From an uncultured Nitrospinota bacterium (GTDB lineage Bacteria; Nitrospinota; Nitrospinia; Nitrospinales; JAJDAT01), in contig CAZMZH010000007.1 in the NCBI GenBank assembly GCA_964570665.1, positions 29,319 to 61,318 on the forward strand: DNA of 32,000 nucleotides, written 5' to 3'. Shown here piece after piece: positions 28,112-32,000 of the stretch. The notes beneath the pieces are model-generated. The model did not search any database. It saw only the letters and a list, made by a program, of their open reading frames with translations, and was not told where the DNA came from. The stretch's first letter is position 1; each line of letters begins with the position of its first letter. The position numbers and the translations under genes were made by a program.

Positions 28112-28880
28112 TCACTTTGAATAAACTTGTTGCATCATATTATTATTTGGCTTGTTTGGGTAGATTACAAAACCACCTTGTGCAGGTTCGCCCTGACTTA
28201 CCGCATTAATACCAAACCCAATTCCCGAAGCTCTATCTGAGACAATTCGGCCAGTTGCATCACTTGGAATAGAACCATTTGGAACAACGAACTCTCGTGC
28301 TCCACCCTGAGTAAATCCTCCATCTATAAACCCTGGTTCAGTACGATTTCTTGGAATATCAAGTTTAGAAAAGTTGCTTGAAGAAAATTCAAAAAGATGA
28401 AAAGATCCAGGATTCTCAATTATTAGTCGTTCAGCAATTTATTGAGCACTATTCAATCCCTCTAATGCTCCTGCGTCAGCAACAAAAGCATCTGGTCTCG
28501 TTTTTAAATTTAAAAGAAAATCTGGATTGAGGTCTTTAGAAGGAATTGTACGAACTAGATTTTCAGGTATACCGCTCCTTGTAAAAGTGGACGTACAGCT
28601 TGCCCACCGCCAGTAACAAAAGGAATTAATGCACCGCCAACGTCTAAAAGCAATGCAACTCCGTTTGTTAAAGTTAACCCCTCTTCGGCTATAAAAGCGA
28701 GATCGGCAACAATAAATCCTATATCCAATAATGTGTCTGCAAAGTTTCCTGTAGGATCATTTGCGTTAATTGGGTTATTGTGGACATATGCATAAAAATT
28801 AACTCCGGCCTTAAATCCTACAGGATCCTCAGTTAAGAACCTTCCGACTTCGGGATCGTAATAGCGGGCTCGGTAGTAAT
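28112..28880 (-). pseudogene. Orphan RHS C-terminal tip cassette (core-end fragment plus variable tip) with frame disruptions
   Basis: Reverse strand YYYRARYYDPEVGRFLTEDPVGFKAGVNFYAYVHNNPINANDPTGNFADTLLDIGFIVADLAF...GGGQAVRPLLQGAVYLKI*. A frameshift follows near 28590, then SGIPENLVRTIPSKDLNPDFLLNLKTRPDAFVADAGALEGLNSAQ*IAERLIIENPGSFHLFEF...AREFVVPNGSIPSDATGR...GGFVIYPNKPNNNMMQQVYSK*. Confidence 0.85.
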
Positions 28881-29013
28881 ATACGGAGGCAGAAGAGCGT
28901 CATACGCTAAAATCGAATTTAGCCAATGCATCCAACCAGTTACAAACAAATTTTTTCAAAAAAAACACCAATCTAAAATTTTGACCCCAATGCGGTTTTA
29001 AAATTAATTTTCC
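28865..29013 (-). repeat. R4: RHS core-end fragment plus linker repeat
   Basis: cgggctcggtagtaatatacggaggcagaagagcgtcatacgctaaaat...ccaaccagttacaaac...ccccaatgcggttttaaaattaattttccc, parallel to R3 and R1. Confidence 0.85.
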
Positions 29014-29075
29014 CACTTAAACAGAAACGATTTTGGTTTATTTTTTCGATTAAAAAAAGAAGGGAGTAAGTATTT

Positions 29076-29615
29076 TTAAGAACTAGAACTTTTTAGCGAA
29101 GAATTTTCTTTAGAAGTTTCTAATTTACTCTCTTTTAGTATTGAAGCAATTTTAGAATAATCAGAACCTATTTTTTTTCCAGCCCAATCAGAATAAACAT
29201 ATTTTAACTTATTATTATTTTCTGAAATAATTATCGAAATTGAATGATCAACTAGAAATTTTTTTTCATATAAGACATCAATGATCTTATTTCTTTCAAT
29301 TAACATTAAATAAGTCAATGAAGTTACTCCAAACAACACATACTTGCTAGTAATCGCTATTCCAAAATGACCAAGAATTAGGGGATCAATATCTTTTCTA
29401 ATTTTTTTACCATTTGATTCACTATATATCTTGAGGACACCTCGACGAACTCGGAAGATCACTTTGTCTTCAAGGTTTTTAATTAATTTATGCCCCAGTA
29501 AAATTCGGGTAATTCCAATAAAACCATAATCTAAGAATACTATCAGAACAATTAATGGAAATATTGCTTCGAGCCAAAAATCCCAACTCACAATCATTTC
29601 TTTTAGGTAGCTCAT
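29076..29615 (-). CDS. Hypothetical membrane protein; candidate partner or immunity protein of the RHS tip at 29699-30844
   Basis: 179 aa with an N-terminal hydrophobic segment (LEAIFPLIVLIVFLDYGFIGI) and a second one (KYVLFGVTSLTYLML). Codirectional, 83 nt after the RHS stop. Confidence 0.45.
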   Translation of the reverse strand: MSYLKEMIVSWDFWLEAIFPLIVLIVFLDYGFIGITRILLGHKLIKNLEDKVIFRVRRGVLKIYSESNGKKIRKDIDPLILGHFGIAITSKYVLFGVTSLTYLMLIERNKIIDVLYEKKFLVDHSISIIISENNNKLKYVYSDWAGKKIGSDYSKIASILKESKLETSKENSSLKSSSS

Positions 29616-29698
29616 TTAAAAAACTAAAGTCTCAAAAAAATTAGATATTATTGAATAAATTACTGTACTAAAACTTTTTATCTCGAAAATACTTTTTC

Positions 29699-30844
29699 CT
29701 ATTTACTATACACTTGTTGCATAAAATTATTATTGGGTTTATTAGGATAGATCACAAATCCCCCTCCAGCGCCACCGGAATTAGATTGAGCGTTTCCAGT
29801 AAAAAAATTGGAAATACTATTGAATAAATTCTTTGCTCCATCAACAAAATCTCCAATAGCGTTGCTTCGAAAAGCCGATTCAGTATTCGTTATTGTAGGA
29901 CCTACTTCAGGAGTATTAATTCCAAAAGGAGAAAGACCAAACTCGAAAAATGCTTGAACATTATCTTTGGTGCTGGTGGTTGGAAATGTTGCCCCAAATG
30001 TAAAACTTCGCTTTTGAGTAATGGGAAATGATCCGCTAATAGACCTTGATCTACCCTCAAGGTTATCTAGCGTAGTATTTTCATTGCCAAATAAAAAGTT
30101 AACAAACAATCCACCACTCTCGCTTTGTCCTGAAAGGACTCCCCCTTCTTCATGTTGGGTAAAAATACCAAACTCCAATGTTTCCGTATCGATGGCAACA
30201 ATAGTACTTACAGAACCTTTTGCCCCAACTCCTTCGGGAGCAAAACCACCACCGCCTCCAAAATTGAAACCAACAGGCCTTTTCCCAGCTGGATCGTTAA
30301 AACTGATTGGGTTATTATTTACATAAGCATAAAAATTTGGTCCGGCTTCGAAACCTAAAGGGTCTTCAGTGAGGAAGCGGCCAACCTCAGGATCGTAATA
30401 GCGGGCTCGGTAGTAGTATAACCCGCTTTCGTCCAACTCGCGTCCGGTGTAATGCAATCGATTGCCGTTGTCGCTGCCGGTTTCCGTTATCAATTCGCCA
30501 AAAGGACCGTATTGCATCGTCGCCTGTGCGCTTCCTAACGATTCCACCAGGGACGTGACCGACCGCAAATGATCGTGATGATAGCTCGCCCCTGTTTCAT
30601 TACCGCTAGAATCGTAATGGAGCCCGTGCACCACCTCGTCCACCACCACGCCGCGAAAATATTGATCCTGCAATTGAAATGTCTGGTCGTAAATCGCTTC
30701 TAAATGCTCCCCTTCTAAATAATAGTTCCGCGTATTTAATCCTCCATCATTATTCCTGATCCTGTAATCGCTCGGATCGTATTTAAAATAAAACGATTTA
30801 CCCGGAGTCGACATTCCCGTCACTCGATTTTTTTTATTTTCCAT
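29699..30844 (-). CDS. RHS-family protein fragment (5'-truncated core plus Gly-rich variable tip)
   Basis: GKSFYFKYDPSDYRIRNNDGG, YFRGVVVDEVVHGLHYDSSGNETG, LHYTGRELDESGLYYYRARYYDPEVGRFLTEDPLGFEAGPNFYAYVNNNPISFNDPAG core, then a unique tip ending GGGFVIYPNKPNNNFMQQVYSK. No N-terminal repeats or secretion signal. Confidence 0.85.
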   Translation of the reverse strand: MENKKNRVTGMSTPGKSFYFKYDPSDYRIRNNDGGLNTRNYYLEGEHLEAIYDQTFQLQDQYFRGVVVDEVVHGLHYDSSGNETGASYHHDHLRSVTSLVESLGSAQATMQYGPFGELITETGSDNGNRLHYTGRELDESGLYYYRARYYDPEVGRFLTEDPLGFEAGPNFYAYVNNNPISFNDPAGKRPVGFNFGGGGGFAPEGVGAKGSVSTIVAIDTETLEFGIFTQHEEGGVLSGQSESGGLFVNFLFGNENTTLDNLEGRSRSISGSFPITQKRSFTFGATFPTTSTKDNVQAFFEFGLSPFGINTPEVGPTITNTESAFRSNAIGDFVDGAKNLFNSISNFFTGNAQSNSGGAGGGFVIYPNKPNNNFMQQVYSK

Positions 30845-30962
30845 TATTAATCACAAAAAGGCTTGATACTACTAAATGTTTCAATTTGAGAAAAGGAAGG
30901 AAATAAGTTAAAATCTGGAGCTTTTATTCCGTACTTTTTGAAAGGTTTTAAGGTTTCCTAAT

Positions 30963-31958
30963 ATGTCTGGAATCACTTTAGTTCAACATATCCGCGCGCA
31001 GGAACAGAAATCCCCTGGGGCTACCGGAGAATTCTCAGGTTTAATGAACGATGTACTGGTCGCGGCAAAACTAGTTTCGCGCGAAGTCAATCGCGCTGGT
31101 ATCGCCGAAGATATTATTGGATTGACGGGCGAAGTGAACGTGCAAGGCGAGGAAGTTCAAAAACTCGATCACTATGCGAATGAAACCTTTATTAAAGTGC
31201 TTTCTCAATCTGGCAAAGTTTGCGCTATAGGCTCTGAAGAAAACGAAAACGCAGTTATAGTCCCTAAAGACCAACAAACCAGCGGTAAATACATATTTAT
31301 GATGGACCCACTGGACGGCTCTTCAAATATCGACGTGAACGTAGGAATTGGGACCATTTTTGCCATTTATGAAAAGAAAAGTTCTGGCGATACGGTTACC
31401 GATGAAGACTTATTACAAAAAGCCGATCAACAAGTTGGAGCTGGTTACGTTCTCTATGGTTCCAGCACAATGTTTGTCTATACCACAGGTAACGGAGTTC
31501 ATGGTTTTACGCTCGATCCCGCTATCGGAGAATTTTATCTTTCTCACCCAGATTTAAAAATTCCCTCAAAAGGTTCCATTTATAGCGCCAATGAGGGAAG
31601 CGTATCCTTCTGGAACGACAAACAAAAAGCTCTTGTCCAATACTATAAAGAAACGGATAAAGAAACCGGCAGGCCTTATAAATTACGCTATATCGGAACT
31701 CTGGTGTCGGATTTTCACCGAACTCTTCTTAAAGGCGGTATTTTTATGTATCCTGGGGACAGTAAAAGTCCCAATGGGAAACTAAGGTTTGCGTTTGAAG
31801 CCGCTCCCTTAGCTTTTATTGTCGAGCAAGCCGGCGGCAAAGCGAGCGATGGGAAGTCCAATATTTTTACTCAATCGCCCACTGAACTTCACCAAAGAAT
31901 TCCACTTTTTATCGGCAGTAAGGAAGATGTTGAGTTAGCCGAAAAAAAATTGCAGTGA
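30963..31958 (+). CDS. fbp: Class I fructose-1,6-bisphosphatase
   Basis: MDPLDGSSNIDVNVGIGTIFAIYE, RYIGTLVSDFHRTLLKGGIFMYP, LRFAFEAAPLAFIVEQAGGKASDG. Confidence 0.97.
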   Translation: MSGITLVQHIRAQEQKSPGATGEFSGLMNDVLVAAKLVSREVNRAGIAEDIIGLTGEVNVQGEEVQKLDHYANETFIKVLSQSGKVCAIGSEENENAVIVPKDQQTSGKYIFMMDPLDGSSNIDVNVGIGTIFAIYEKKSSGDTVTDEDLLQKADQQVGAGYVLYGSSTMFVYTTGNGVHGFTLDPAIGEFYLSHPDLKIPSKGSIYSANEGSVSFWNDKQKALVQYYKETDKETGRPYKLRYIGTLVSDFHRTLLKGGIFMYPGDSKSPNGKLRFAFEAAPLAFIVEQAGGKASDGKSNIFTQSPTELHQRIPLFIGSKEDVELAEKKLQ

Positions 31959-32000
31959 TTTGACGAGAACTCTGAAATCTTTTGAATACTAAAAAAATAA

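Noticed and set aside
25364-29013. CRISPR array from the regularly spaced repeats
   Set aside because: Copies are 150-250 bp, diverged, and spaced 0.8-1.2 kb apart with genes between; no short identical repeats with uniform spacers and no cas genes.
22092-30844. Insertion sequences or transposases in the accessory island
   Set aside because: No transposase-like ORF or DDE motif seen despite the repeat-rich structure.

Overview
AT-rich bacterial chromosomal window; the host is not identifiable from sequence alone. Left part: a conserved fatty-acid/phospholipid cluster on the minus strand (fabG partial, fabD, fabH, plsX, rpmF, DUF177/YceD). It is followed by two tandem secreted Sel1-repeat proteins with degenerate metallophosphatase-like N-domains, xerD, a secreted beta-helix protein overlapping a LOG-family gene, and a minus-strand amino-sugar cluster (glycosidase-like protein, ribose-type ABC importer, ROK kinase, nagB). 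A secreted ankyrin-repeat protein and small secreted/membrane ORFs come next. Right part (about 21.3-30.9 kb) is an accessory island made of truncated RHS/YD-repeat genes, orphan RHS tips, and four toxin-antitoxin pairs (two higBA-type, two PIN-domain). fbp (class I fructose-1,6-bisphosphatase) sits at the right edge. Most interesting observation: at least five copies of a repeat consisting of the end of the RHS core (encoding ASVYYYRA(R)YYD) plus a shared linker lie between successive toxin-antitoxin or tip-immunity modules. This gives the island the look of an RHS-fragment-delimited cassette array. Two RHS tips that otherwise show no obvious similarity also end in a nearly identical C-terminal 21-mer (GGFVIYPNKPNNN[M/F]MQQVYSK). 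Whether this is a functional capture system or recombinational decay cannot be decided from this window.
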